64,000 bases of DNA from Podarcis liolepis. Lineage: Eukaryota. The translations under genes and the position numbers were made by a program. Shown here piece by piece: positions 1-12,669 of this stretch (positions are counted from its first letter, which is position 1; the number at the start of each line of letters is the position of its first letter). The notes beneath the pieces were generated by a model that was not told the origin of the DNA, did no database searches, and was given only the letters and a program-made list of their open reading frames with translations. The stretch lies in assembly GCA_965112155.1 (NCBI GenBank), contig OZ218103.1; one strand, written 5' to 3'.

Positions 1-3000
1 GCTGAATGTGTGATCATGGTATCTTCTCAGAAGCTCAGAAGTTGAGCACACATCTGGAACGCAGAAGGTTCCAGTCTTCTTAAGCCAGAAATTAGAAGGC
101 AGGACGTCAAAAACTCTTAGCCAGCTTTTTGCCCTTCCCCTTCATAAGCAGAAGAAGATGATGGCATCCCCAGAATAAGCAAATGCATATAGATTGGCTT
201 GAGGTTTTAAAAGTTATTTTTATTAAATGCAAAATTAAGCATAAACAGAATCACCACAGGTTAGAAATACTGAAACAGACACAGAAAGCGGGCCAGAGAC
301 ATCAGTAATATATTCCAAACTTTTGGTATAATGAAAATAATAACAAGTCTATAGAACTAAAAACACCACTAACATGGGAATAGATTGGCTTAATTGACAT
401 TTTTATTCAAGATGCAGAATTCAGTTTTCCTTGGCCCAGACTGTTAGTTTTCCTAGGACATACAGTCCTCCGTATTGCTATCTCCTACTGCTTGCAGAAT
501 CTCCCAGAGGTTCCAGTAGGATGCTGACTAGCGGGACAGGTGGCCCCGTTGTGCACATTAAAATTATACGCCAAGCAAATTTGGACAACAGATTGGGAGA
601 ATCCAGCAGTTGTCATGCCCGTACTGCTGAAATGAATGTTTCATTTAAATTTTGATGTAACATTTTATGCTTGCTTCTCAGCTTTCATTGCTAAATGCTC
701 CTGTGTTGTGGGCTATACATTTATGTTATTCATTGAAGTATTTATCAAATTGAGTGACTATTATTCAATTGAATGAATGCTATTTTTTCAGTTGTTATCC
801 TTAGTAATAACACATCCTTCCCTGTCCCTTCCCATGTAACATGCTCAATCTCTTTCCATATATCCCTATTTCAGTCACATTAGCTAGACTGGAGATGAAT
901 TGGCCCCCGGGGTCTTGCTAGTAGGAGAACATTGGGGCAGCTTCTGCCTCTCCATTCTCCTTCTTTACTTGGGGCCTACAATCTCTTGCCTAATTCTTTG
1001 CTGCTCTGTTTATTCCTGGGGCACCGAGCAACTGAATGCAGCAAGCGAGGCCTTCCGAGGGCTGCACAGCTTGCAGCTTTTGCACTGTGACATTTGGATT
1101 CCTGCTTGCTTGAAAAATTGCAAGGCGGCCGTGGCCCCCCTACCTCTGCCAGCAATTTGGTTGCTGCTGGAGATCCAGGGGGCTAAATGTGCAGCTGAAG
1201 ACTCAGCTTCTCCCTCTCTCCCTCCCTCTCTCTAACCTCTTCACCAGAGCCCATCCTCCACAGGGCACATGGCTGCCTGACTTCCTGCAATGCAGGCCTG
1301 TCCTTCCCTTCCCCAGCTGGGCTCTGTTTGCCTCTGGCATATTTCCCAGGGAGCAAAGAGCTCCTGTTCATATTCCCTGTCCCCTAACAGCGGCGGCAGG
1401 TTGGGCAACCTGGAGGCTGCCCCTGCCGTTGCCTCTGCACGCAGCCAGCAAAGCTATTGTCTGTGCCGATTTTCTCTGCCTATCGGCGGATGACCTCTCC
1501 ATAATGGAAGAGGGCAAGGCCACCAGTACAACTACAATTCAGGAAACTTTCTGCTTGTTTCGACAGTAGACAGCTCTGGCCCTCCCCCAATTCCTTCAAT
1601 TTGGCTCCAGGGAGTGCTAATCTATGCCTTTCAGAGCCTCAGGGGAGCAGGCTGGATCTGCCTGCTTTTCTCAGGCCAGCAAAGCTGCAGCTCTGCTGCG
1701 CTCCACCCCTCTGCTTGAGCTGATCTCATCACATTAGCAGGCCTGTATCCCCTCCTGACCTGGGAGGGCTCTGAGCCATCTTCCCTTTCTGGTGCCCCCA
1801 TCGGGGATGCCGCACTGGACCAGAATTAATATGGAGATGCCAGATTCAGGGGTGAACCCTGTCTCGGTGGGAGGGACTCTGCTGCCACCTCTGTCGGTGC
1901 TTGCCTGCCCCCCCCCCCAGCACTGTGTCTCTGGGTTGAACCACTTCAGAATGCAGGTGAGGGTCCGCGTGATAAAATGAGCCCCCATGCCAAAATGGTA
2001 AAATTAAATTCAAAAGTACCCTGAACATAAAAAAGCTAGGGAAGATTTTTAAAAAAGCCCTAGCCTTCTATGCAATAGGCTACATTTGTGCATGTAGGGA
2101 TTTTCTTGGCAGAGGGAGCATTTGGTGTGAGTTCCTACCTGCAGTCTGAAGTGGCACACCCCAAGACGCAGGTTTACTACCTCTGTGAGAACTAGGCCAG
2201 ATTCAGCAGAGAGTTCGCCTTTGTCTTCCACTTCCAGAGGGCAGCCAATCAGGTTGATAATTTGGAGCTGGAGGTAATTCTCTGCTTGCTTAGGTAGGCT
2301 ATCAGAAATAAATTAGCTGACTGTTTGCAAGAAAGGGCCCCATGGGGACTGGCAGAGTGCTGCAGTCTGGTGTCCCTAATATGGGGAAGTGCAAGAAAGG
2401 TACTTCTTCAAAAGAAATTAAAGAGGTGGCAGAGAAATCATTGTACTACATAGCTACCTGCCTCAGGAGTGGGCTTTGTGATAAACTACATAAACACAGT
2501 GAACTTAACCCCTCATCAGGCAATCCAGCTGCCTCCTCATAGAATGACACTTACTCTGTGCTTAGTTTCTGAAAGGGTCCTGGGACTCAACAGAGTGGCC
2601 ACTTATGCCCCACCACAGATTTGCATAAATTAGCATATATAGCAGTTTACTAACGTATTTGCTAATTTATATGTAAAGGTGCATTATGTACTGTTTGGGT
2701 TCTATCCAAAGTAGTGCTGAGTAATGCATCCCATCGGCACAATGATTTCTGCTTGTGCAATGTTGGGACTTCCCTGCTCTCCTCTCCTCCCCACCCTCAA
2801 ATTTGTTCTCGGGGTTCAGTCTGTTCCTGAGTTTTCAAAATATTCACAGTGCAGGGGACTCTCTGCCTTCTAAAATCCATGCAAGGAATCTTAAGGCCTG
2901 GCAGAAATCTCAAACCAGTGCAGATTTGGCCACATTGGGGGGGGGGGGTTGTACAAATGGAAATCCTTGCACTGACAGAACACCCTAGTTGGATACCAAC

Positions 3001-4994
3001 TTGTGGAATAATAGCTGGTGACTAGAAATACAGGGCATCTCACCGCAGTGGGGAAAACATGATCTGCAATCCTGCTTAGTCGGCTGTCCAGGTATTAACT
3101 GATGACCAGCAATTTCAAGCCCCCCCCCCCATTCTTATGGTTGTTTATCTTTAAACTGCCTTGGACTAGACAGCCTTTCAAGTCGCGGACTCATTGAAAC
3201 AGACTGCCCACTGTAAGGGGGCCATCCTAGGACTCAGAAGACCACCTAGAGTCATGCTCTCCAGTCTGGAAGCCCCTTCCCTTAATCCCAGCAAGCATTC
3301 TGCACATGCTCAAAGGCAACAAGCAGTTCTGCACCTGTTCTAGGACTCAGCCCTGGAACTGAAAATTGTTTTGGGCCCAAGCCATTTTTAGATCTGTCTG
3401 TCCCCATACCTGAGCAGGTATTTCAGGACAGCGGCATTCTCGCCACAAACAGCTCTTAGTCCACGCTAAGGAACTAACTTCCTAAATGAGATCACAACAC
3501 GAAAGTGGCAGAGTTTTTTTAGTACTGCTCCAGAACCACCAGGGGTAACTTCCCACCTGCTTTCCCGATATGGCCATGTTGTGGACAGGTAGCAGCAGAG
3601 GAAGAGTTATTAATATGGCAGCTAGAGGAGCTAGCAGTTATCAGGTGCTTGCTTGCCAGTTCACTGAGTTTACCAAGACTGAGTTGGGACACATTAAAGA
3701 AAGACCATTGCTGTCATTCCCTGCTTCAGGTGGTTGAGATTCCTGTGGAAACCCTGTGGGATTTCATCAGGCCAGGCGCATGAGGTGCGTGAAGTGGTGG
3801 ACTTGAACCTGAGGGTTCTGGCTTCAGATCGCACCCCCCCTCCAGACATGAGGCTCAGTGTGAATGAATTTGGACTGCACTTTTTCTCAGCCAAACCTAC
3901 ATCACAGGGTTGTCGGGAGGCTAAGAATAGGGTGTATCCTTATCTACTAACCCAGGCTGCTTGGAAGAAGGGGGTATATAAACATGTTGAAGTAATTAAC
4001 AGCAGATTCAGTAGTTTGAGCTTCATGCCAAGGGTGTAAGGGTCAATTCATACACCAACTCTACTTGCTCTCTTTTCCTGGCTGACTCACAGCAAGAAAA
4101 GTGTGCTAATGAGCTGGAAACTGGAGAGTTTTAGCCAAAGCAACTATTGTGGTCTGTTGTCATCATTATTTTTTGTATTTTTTCTGATAATGGAAGCTGC
4201 TACAGGCTACCGCCCAAGTAAGCCAAATCCCAGCTGCTACCACATTGCTCTCAAGAACAGGTTTCTCCTGCAAGGGGGGAAAGGAGAAGATGCAAGGGGC
4301 AGAAAGCAGCCTGTGAATTTGCTCAGATCTCCACATTTGGGATCAGAAGAGTTCGGGATTGTTTTTTTCCTTCTCCTCCAGATCAGGATGGCTTCCCCAA
4401 CGGCTCATGAAACTCACTGCTGCTTTTTGCCACACTTTGAACTAAAAAATGGAAGGAGCAAGACGAGGCACAGCTGGGATGCAGTTGTCAGCTCATTTTC
4501 CGATTAGCCAAGCAGCCTCCTCTGTATTGCATCCCTTCTTTGGGCAGCTCCTGAAAGGGGAATTGCTGAGAAATGACTCGTGGGGTCCTTGAGAGAAGAA
4601 GGGGAGGCAGGGTGGCCACTCAGCCAAAAGGGGCTCCAGGAGGCCATGGCAAGTGCTTAGGGAACAACCCTCTTGGCATCTCCAAAGCAGTGTGGGACCA
4701 GGTCGCCCCCCCCCTTGCTCTTTGCCCTGCTGCTTCTTAGCCTGCCAGCAAAAATTGGGTTGTGCTGCCACTTAGTGGAGATAGGTATCTTTATTATTTT
4801 TTTTAAAGAAAAAACCAGGGTGCCTTGTTTCTTTTTAAAAAAATCACTCTTTAAAAATCACTGGGGTTTTTTTTGTTCTTCTCTCTCTTCTAGAAAGGTT
4901 CAGGTCTCTTTTCCTTCTCTGTTTTGATTTTTAAGAGTGAGCTCATGTGATATGTGTCCTAAAGTTCTTCTCATTTTTTTTAAAAAAACCCATA

Positions 4995-5236
4995 CAGTGG
5001 TACCTCGGGTTACATACGCTTCAGGTTACATACGCTTCAGGTTACAGACTCCGCTAACCCAGAAATAGTACCTTGGGTTAAGAACTTTGCTTCAGGATGA
5101 GAACAGAAATCATGCTCCGGTGGCGCGGCAGCAGCAGGAGGCCCCATTAGCTAAAGTGGTGCTTCAGATTAAGAACAGTTTCAGGTTAAGAACAGACCTC
5201 CGGAACGAATTAAGTACTTAACCCGAGGTACTGCTG
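4995..5236. mobile_element. Tc1/mariner (Tigger/pogo-like) MITE
   Basis: TIRs CAGTGGTACCTCGGGTTA ... TAACCCGAGGTACTGCTG; TA at both flanks (4993-4994, 5237-5238). Confidence 0.9.
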
Positions 5237-6499
5237 TACACATATATGTTTTTCTCAGCGCACAAACTGAAAAGGGTTAATTGGAACAGGAAACAGAGGG
5301 TGTTTTCTCCAGTGTTGCTAAGAATGTTTAGTCTCTAATATGACTTTCTCCCTACTCCTCCTCTCCATCCCACCTTTTCTTTTTAACTTAGCGATATGGT
5401 TAATGCCACAGCTATTTATTTATTTGAATAACATCCCTTCCTATAATGTAGCTATTTAATCTGAAAGATCTGGCAGAGGTCCTTCATATTTTTTGGGATC
5501 CTGGGAAGAGACACAAACTTAATGATACACATTATCATGTGCTCTTGCCCATTTTTGCCACAGAGAAACAGGCCATTATTTGAGCGCTCCTGCCGGAGGC
5601 ATGGTTCTCCTACTATGAAAAATGAGGCCCGTTGTGTGAGTTTTTGTAAGGCTGCAGTTCAGATCATATAAATCTGCTTTACAGTGAGCCAAAGAGTGAG
5701 ACCAATGGTGTGTTTAGGCCAGTGTTCTCTCCTTTGCCTGACAGCAGCTCTTCAGGTTTTCCTTTATACCTGAGAACCTTTTAGCTGAAGGTGCCAGAAC
5801 GTGTAGCCCCTTCCTAAAGTAAAATCTGTCTTTCTTCCCTGTTACCTGGCTTGAAAATATGAAGCATACTTGAATATGATTTTTGAAGCTGCCTTAACAT
5901 GTGAAGCATACTTATTTATTTACATTGTTTGTATGCTGTACAATTAGCAATGTCTCCTGGGCGGCAAACAGTAAAAGTAAAAAACAAACAAACATAACAA
6001 CAATCAGCAAGCCGAGTAAATATATTTAGAACCAGGGTGTCAGAGTACGACAATGTTCGGGCCAACTTTACGTTTTACATCATTATTTGTGTTGATATTT
6101 TAAAATTGCAAACCACCTTGGGTGCCTTGTCAGAAAGGTATATAAGTGCAATAAATAAATTATGTCAACATGCCTAATGCATGATGTTGTTGTGCAGAAA
6201 CAGGGAATACTGGCATAGGGCAGGATTCGCTTAACCAGCCCTGTCAGTGGAAATGGGAGCTCAGCGACTTGCGCAACAGGGCTCCTTTTCCATGTTCCCC
6301 TTGAGATTGGCTTGGGGGGCGGCAGTCATGAGAACCCACAGAACAGTTTACAGGGGGAAGAGAGGAGGTGCCGTTCCGCCTGGCAGGCTGCCATGCTTGC
6401 GCAGATGAAACGACTGGAAGAGCGTGATGTTGAATTCCACTCCTGGACTTAAGCCTCTTTTAAGCAACAATGGATGGAAATGGATTGGCAGTAAGTTTA

Positions 6500-6800
6500 G
6501 GACTGGCACACCACAGATGTGGAATTGATTACCCTCAAAGGTGGAAGTGGCCTCTGTCTGAGGTGGCTTTTAAGACAAATTGGTGGAGTGGCAAGGGTGG
6601 TAAATGACCGTTAGTTGTGAGGGCTAAATGTCCATGTTCAGAGGCAGTGTATACCTGACTATCAGATGCTGAGGGCAGGCAAGAAGGGGGTGACTATTTC
6701 TGTTTTGCTCTGCCCTTACGTTTCATGGGGCATCTGGTGGGCTATTCCATTCCTGGAACTAGTCCTGGACTAAACGTCTCCTCGGCCTGATCTCTTATGC
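6500..6800 (+). mobile_element. Degenerate CR1 LINE 3' fragment
   Basis: Resembles CR1 3' ORF2/UTR motifs (tgtggaattgattacc...ggcttttaagac...ggcctgatc...tcttatg). Boundaries approximate. Confidence 0.5.
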
Positions 6801-7414
6801 TTTTGTTTGTGAAATCAGACAAAGAGACACTTCTTCCAAGGCTTTGTTCTTGACATTGCTGATCTCTTTTCCAGAACGTGATCTCAGACAGTTCATGCGG
6901 TTCTGTGTTTTCAAATGTGCTAAAACCTTGGTTTGCTGCTGAGACACGAAATGCCCCACGCTTCTGTCATGGGACTCGCTGGCATTCGCAGCAGCACAAT
7001 GAGGCCACTTTGGCAGGGAATCAGGAGGGGGAAACTGAAAAGGCTTTTCTAACCCCACAGTGAGTGTGCCTGGGAAGGGCCAGAGCTCAGTCTTGTCGAG
7101 CACATGCCTTGAGCGTCCAGGGTCTCAAGTTCAGACTCCGTAGGTTGAAAAGAGCTCAGGTAGTGGGATTGGGAAATGCCACCTTGTTTGAACTGCTCCT
7201 GGTGAGTCAGAGGAGACAATACTGGGCTCCACAGAGGCAGTATAAGGCAGCTTCCTCCATGCCCCCGGTTCAGTTCAGTCATGACTTTGCTTAATGGCCC
7301 TGGGTGCAAGTTGCTGCCCCTTTGGTCACTCTTCTCTACCTGTAAAAAGGGGATAGATGGAAGCATCAGGAATCTTATATGATTCCTGTGAGCATTGGAA
7401 GAGTTGTGAATTAC

Positions 7415-7416
<2 letters not shown>

Positions 7417-7445
<29 letters not shown>

Positions 7446-8429
7446 GTCGTTTAGTCGTGTCCGACTCTTCGTGACCCCATGGACCAGAGCACGCCAGGCA
7501 CTTCTGTCCTCCACTGCCTCCCGCAGTTTGATCAAACTCATGCTAGTAGCTTCAAGAACACCATCCAACCATCTCATTCTCTGTCGTCCCCTTCTCCTTG
7601 TGCCCTCCATCTTTCCCAACATCAGGGTCTTTTCCAGGGAGTCTTCTCTTCTCATGAGGTGGCCAAAGTATTGGAGCCTCAGCTTCACGATCTGTCCTTC
7701 CAGTGAGCGCTCAGGGCTGATTTCCTTCAGAATGGAGAGGTTTGATCTTCTTGCAGTCCATGGGACTCTCAACAGTCTCCTCCAGCACCATAATTCAAAA
7801 GCATCAATTCTTCGGCGATCAGCCTTCTTTATGGTCCAGCTCTCACTTCCATACATCACTACTGGGAAAACCATGGCTTTTACTATACGGACCTTTGTTG
7901 GCAAGGTGATGTCTCTGCTTTTTAAGATGTTGTCTAGGTTTGCCATCGCCTTTCTCCCAAGGAGCAGGCGTCTTTTAATTTCGTGACTGCTGTCACCATC
8001 TGCACTGATCATGGAGCCCAAGAAAGTAAAATCTCTCACTGCCTCCATTTCTTCCCCATCTGTTTGCCAGGAGGTGATGGGCCCAGTGGCCATGATCTTC
8101 GTTTTTTTGATGTTGAGCTTCAGACCATATTTTGCGCTCTCCTCTTTCACCCTCATTAAAAGGTTCTTTAATTCCTCTTCACTTTCTGCCATCAAGGTTG
8201 TGTCATCTGCATATCTGAGGTTGTTGATATTTCTTCCGGCAATCTTAATTCCGGCTTGGGATTCATCCAGCCCAGCCTTTCGCATGATGAATTCTGCATA
8301 TAAGTTAAATAAGCAGGGAGACAATATACAGCCTTGCCGTACTCCTTTCCCAATTTGGAACCAATCAGTTGTTCCATATCCAGTTCTAACTGTAGCTTCT
8401 TGTCCCACATAGAGATTTCGCAGGAGACA
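7417..8429 (-). mobile_element. Bov-B (RTE clade) LINE, 5'-truncated, with an uninterrupted RT C-terminal reading frame
   Basis: Minus ORF 7443-8408 contains GVRQGCILSP and LRYADD RT motifs and the Bov-B C-terminus (VHGVTKSRTRLND); (CAA)n tail; TSD GAATTACTT at 7408-7416 and 8430-8438. Confidence 0.95.
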
Positions 8430-8898
8430 GAATTACTTACTGATGATAAATATATTCTATAACAATAGCAACAGAAGCAGAAGATGTCTGTTTTCAGGGC
8501 TTTGTGCTGGCACTGGAGGTTAGACTAAGCCTGGCACTCTTGCCACAACCATAGTTAATCAGTTTTGGAAATATTACAATGGACCAAATGCAGAAAGAAC
8601 AGGAATGACACAGAACAGCCTCTGGCCAATCGAGCAGCTTCCGCGAGGCTACTCTGGGCAGTCAAGACTTTGAGCATGCTCATGCTCAAAACCTGCTCTC
8701 CAGTCTTTCATGAAAAGCTATGGCAAGAGTATCACAAAGTACTTGGGTGCAGGTCCTGGGAATGACTATGGTGCTTCCATTTTCAAAATCAGCATGTTCG
8801 AACTGTTGATGCTGATGTGATGCTTGTTCTTTTATAGTTCTTCAGACATTTAACTGCAGAAAACCTAGCATAGATTTGGGCCCTGGAAATGTCAGCCT

Positions 8899-8945
8899 TA
8901 TCTATCTATCATCTATCTACGGTATCTATCTATTATCTATCTCTT

Positions 8946-8995
<50 letters not shown>

Positions 8996-9020
8996 ATCTA
9001 TCTCTATCATCTATCTATCT
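8899..9020. repeat. (TCTA)n / GATA microsatellite
   Basis: Directly visible imperfect TATC array. Confidence 0.95.
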
Positions 9021-9458
9021 AAGTTTATTTACATCTTGATTTTTTAAAAAGCCCTCTAATTGGTTTACAAAAATACAAAATAAAGCGTTAACATTCTTCA
9101 GATGCCATCACAGAAATAATGGAAGCCAGCTAGATTTTTCAGAATTTCATATTCTAAATATCACGTTGGCAGAGGGGCAGTTGAAAATATGTCAATTTTA
9201 TTTTGAGCATGGACTTTTTTGCTTCTTTCTCACAAAATTAGGATTTCCTTATTGAGGTTTGTTTGTGGTGGCTTTGTTTTTTGTTTTTTGTTTTTTTGGA
9301 GTAGAGTGCAAACAACCCCGCCTGTTGTTAATATTTGTTAAAGTGTTATCAGTTCCCTGCAGAAAGCATGCTGTCATTGTTAGCCATAACCTTGGTAGGG
9401 AGAATAATGGATTGTTCCTGGAAGGGTGAGTAGGTTGAAATGATGAGAGAAATAAATA

Positions 9459-9718
9459 CCGTATTTTTTGCTCTATAAGACTCACTTTTTCCCTCCTAAA
9501 AAGTAAGGGGAAATGTGTGTGCGTCTTATGGAGCGAATGCAGGCTGCGCGGCTATCCCAGAAGCCAGAACAGCAAGAGGGATCGCTGCTTTCACTGCGCA
9601 GCGATCCCTCTTGCTGTTCTGGCTTCTGAGATTCAGAATATATTTTTTTCTTGTTTTCCTCCTCCAAAAACTAGGTGCGTCTTGTGGTCTGGTGCGTCTT
9701 ATAGAGCGAAAAATACGG
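9459..9718. mobile_element. Tc1/mariner (Tc2/pogo-like) MITE with internal 31-bp perfect hairpin
   Basis: TIRs CCGTATTTTT(T/C)GCTCTATAAGAC ... GTCTTATAGAGCGAAAAATACGG; TA flanks; near-identical copy at 22804-23062. Confidence 0.9.
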
Positions 9719-10189
9719 TAAATTTGAACTGGTTCCCCTGTTCTGAGACTTTCTAAGCAGTTGCAGATATTGGGCCTGAAGAAGTGCTGGGTATTTGGGA
9801 AGTGGCAACTGGAGACCTGTACCCTGAAGGGGATCTTACAAAAGTATTGTTTGCAAAAGTGGCTAAAGAACAGAGAGCCACTGGGTCTCTGTACAACCTC
9901 TTGCTGTCACAGCTGCTATTACTTCCATACTTACCATTTACAGGCAGTGTTGTACCTGGTGTTGCTTGAGAATTCTAAGAACCTCCCAAAATAAGGACAG
10001 GTTTGAAACCAGTTGGTTAAAGTAAGCGCCGTTTTGCATCTTGATTCAAAATGATAGCCAACTGTAACCAAACATAGATGAAAACCTGGTCCTTGATCTC
10101 AGGAATCATCATGCGAAATTTGATCATGATAGCTTAAGAGGTGGTCAAATGTGCAGTGAACAACTTTCCAAAATATAAGCACAGATTAT

Positions 10190-10545
10190 ATTCTATTTTG
10201 CATTTCTACTGAAACTGTACTCAAGGCAGCTAATGACAGAATTACAAATAGAACAGTATATTATTCAAAAAGTAACAATGAAAATGTAAACAGAGTTTGT
10301 CTAAAAGCATGCTGGAAATTTGTGGGCAGTGACCCCGCCCCATCCTGCCAGAGGCTGTTCCAAAGTCTGGGGGCTGCAGCTGAGAAGGTCCTCCCACCAC
10401 ACCCCAGAGGGGAAGTAGCCATGGAAGAGGGCCTTTGGAGTGGAATGGGGTTCTCAGGCAGGATCATACTGGGGGAGGCGGTTCTGCAGATACCTTGATC
10501 TAAGGCCATTCGGCGCTTTAAAGGCTGGAGCCAGCATCTTGCATT
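10190..10545 (-). mobile_element. Old L2 LINE 3' fragment
   Basis: Minus translation GGRTFSAAAPRLWNSL...FQHAFRQTLF is typical of the L2 ORF2 C-terminus. Confidence 0.65.
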
Positions 10546-11039
10546 TATATCACACCAGCAGTGTGCATGGTGCTGTACAGCTGGGCACTGAAGCGAAGGA
10601 GCTTTCTGTTTTCTCCGTCAGTGAAGGCCAGGCTCTGGAATATGGCTGGGTTTTGCTGGAGGGACCAGAGAAACCCACAGTTGCGGTGGGGGACACCCGT
10701 AGCAGCAGTGGGGCTGCCCATGGCAAAGGAGGCAGCGGTGTGTGCGTTCCTGTGACAGTGCCGTGGCTTGCTCACGGAGGCAGGGACATGGCAGGGACAA
10801 GTGATGTCCTCTCCAGGTCCAGATCTACTGCCTAAGGCGACTGTCTCACCTCATCTCATGGGCCTGGGAGGGACCAGGAATGAAATAATATTAGTTCTGG
10901 AAGGACACTCAGCGTCATCAAGCCTATCTCCTGCACCTACCTAAAATGTCTTTGTTAGGTAAAGCTGGGAATGTTCATTTTCCTCCCCAGTGACAGAGCT
11001 CCCTGGGAACAGCCTTAGGAAATAGATCAGTGAGTGCTT

Positions 11040-11210
11040 CTTCTCTTTAGCCTGGAGAAGAGAGGATTGAGGGGGTGACATGATAGCTGTCTTCAAATAT
11101 TTGAAGGGCTGTCATGCAGAGGAAGGAGCAGACTTGTTCTCCATTGCTCTAGGGGGGCAGGAGTAGAACTAACAGAAAGCAGGGAAGCAGAATTTGGTAA
11201 ACTGTAAGGG
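11040..11210 (+). mobile_element. CR1 LINE ORF2 fragment
   Basis: tttagcctggagaagagagg...gacatgatagctgtcttcaaatatttgaagggctgtcatgcagagg corresponds to the CR1 FSLEKRRLRGDMIAVFKYLKGC motif, frameshifted. Confidence 0.75.
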
Positions 11211-11592
11211 GAACTGTCTAACCAGGGATGGGGAACCCTTTCCAGCTCAAGGGCCACTTTCCCTTCCAGGTAACCTTCTGGAGGCCACCTCCCAGAGGTG
11301 GATGGGGCCAGATGCAAAAAAAAATAAATAATAATAATAAAGGGGGGGGGGGACAAGTATAATTTTTACCTTTGTACAGTTGGCTAGTTTCTACGTGTTT
11401 TACTCCTCCCTGTAAGTCGCTCTGAGACATATAGTGAAAAGCAGAATATACATTTCTTAAATAAATAACAAATAAATTGACATTTTCTGTACATTGAACC
11501 TGCACTAAAACAGCAAAGCAAAATATGCTCATGTGGGGCTGACTTACTCATCCAGGATATGGACCGATGTCATCTTCTTGTTTCTCCTCCAG

Positions 11593-11704
11593 ATTGCTGA
11601 AACTTACGCCTTCCTTCCAAGAGAAGCTGTGACCAGGTTCCTGATGAGCTGCACTGAGTGCCAGAAAAGGATGCATTTCAATTCCAATGGGGTGGAGCCC
11701 AAAG
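11593..11704 (+). CDS. NOL4L: NOL4L internal coding exon (IAETYAFLPREAVTRFLMSCTECQKRMHFNSNGVEPK-E), 112 nt, phase 0 to 1
   Basis: Polypyrimidine tract and CAG acceptor at 11590-11592; donor AAG|GTAGGA at 11704/11705. The peptide matches the recalled vertebrate NOL4L sequence (the NOL4 paralog reads ISESYAF...MSCSECQKRMHLN). Confidence 0.96.
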
Positions 11705-11915
11705 GTAGGACTGGTAAGGTTCCCTCCTTGAAACCCTGTAGAGCTGCTGCCAGGCAGTATTGCTGGAAGCCACCCAGAGTGGGTGGGGCAAACCAGCCAG
11801 CTGGGTGCCGTATAAAGAAAAAAATAATCATTATTATTATTGACAGTACTGGGTTAGATAAACCACTGGTTCATCAATAGTCTGACTTGATCCAAAGCAG
11901 CTACAGGCTGCATAC

Positions 11916-12401
11916 CAGTGATTTCCAAACTTCTTAGTCGATGGACCATTTCAAAATCGCTGATGGTCTTGGTGGATCACTTCATGATTTGTTTGCCTCT
12001 TGAATAATAATAGTAATAATAAATTTTATTTATATCCCGCCCTCCCCAGCCGAAGCCGGGCTCAGGGCGGCTAACAACAATAAAACAGTATAAAAGTATA
12101 ACATAAACAACACTCTAAAATCATTCATTGAAGCAGTAGTAATGCACTATTCTAGATTATGTTATTTTTAATTGTATTCTTATTGCTTCTTTTCTTTCTT
12201 ACATTGTGTTTAATTGTATTATGATTTGCGTTCCATAGAATTCAAATTGTCCTACAATAAAATACAACATAAGAAAGAAAAGAAGCAATAAAAATACAAT
12301 TAAAAAATCAGTGTGAGTATTTAGTGGAGGGATGCCACGGATCACCTAAATGAAGCTTGCAGACCACTGGTAGTGCATGGGCCACAGTTTGGGAATCCCT
12401 G
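11916..12401. mobile_element. Old hAT (Charlie-type) non-autonomous element with an internal AT-rich palindrome and a nested L2 3' end (~12003-12125)
   Basis: TIRs CAGTGATTTCCAAACT / AGTTTGGGAATCCCTG; TSD not recognisable. The nested minus-strand L2 tail is (TAA)n-tttatatcccgccctcccc...gggcggctaacaac. Confidence 0.7.
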
Positions 12402-12669
12402 CCCTATGCATTGGGGTATCCCATCTGTTGGTTTCGCTTTTCCAATCCTTTAGTGTGGAATACATCTCCTAAGACCTTTTCTGCTTGCTTCTGTGTTTGT
12501 AATCACCCAGAGACTTTAGCCATAGCAGCTTAAATGGGCAACACTGGCCAAGGAAGACTAAGTGGCCTTCTGTTCGCTGCCCATTGGCTTCATGAAGGTG
12601 GCTGAATATTTTTTACAGAGCAATCCTTAACATGGGAAGCTGGTATAGCTTACACCATCGTAAGTGACC

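Noticed and set aside
11533-11880. 115-aa ORF as a standalone gene (likewise 51062-51451)
   Set aside because: These are NOL4L exons with intronic read-through; splice sites delimit the true coding parts.
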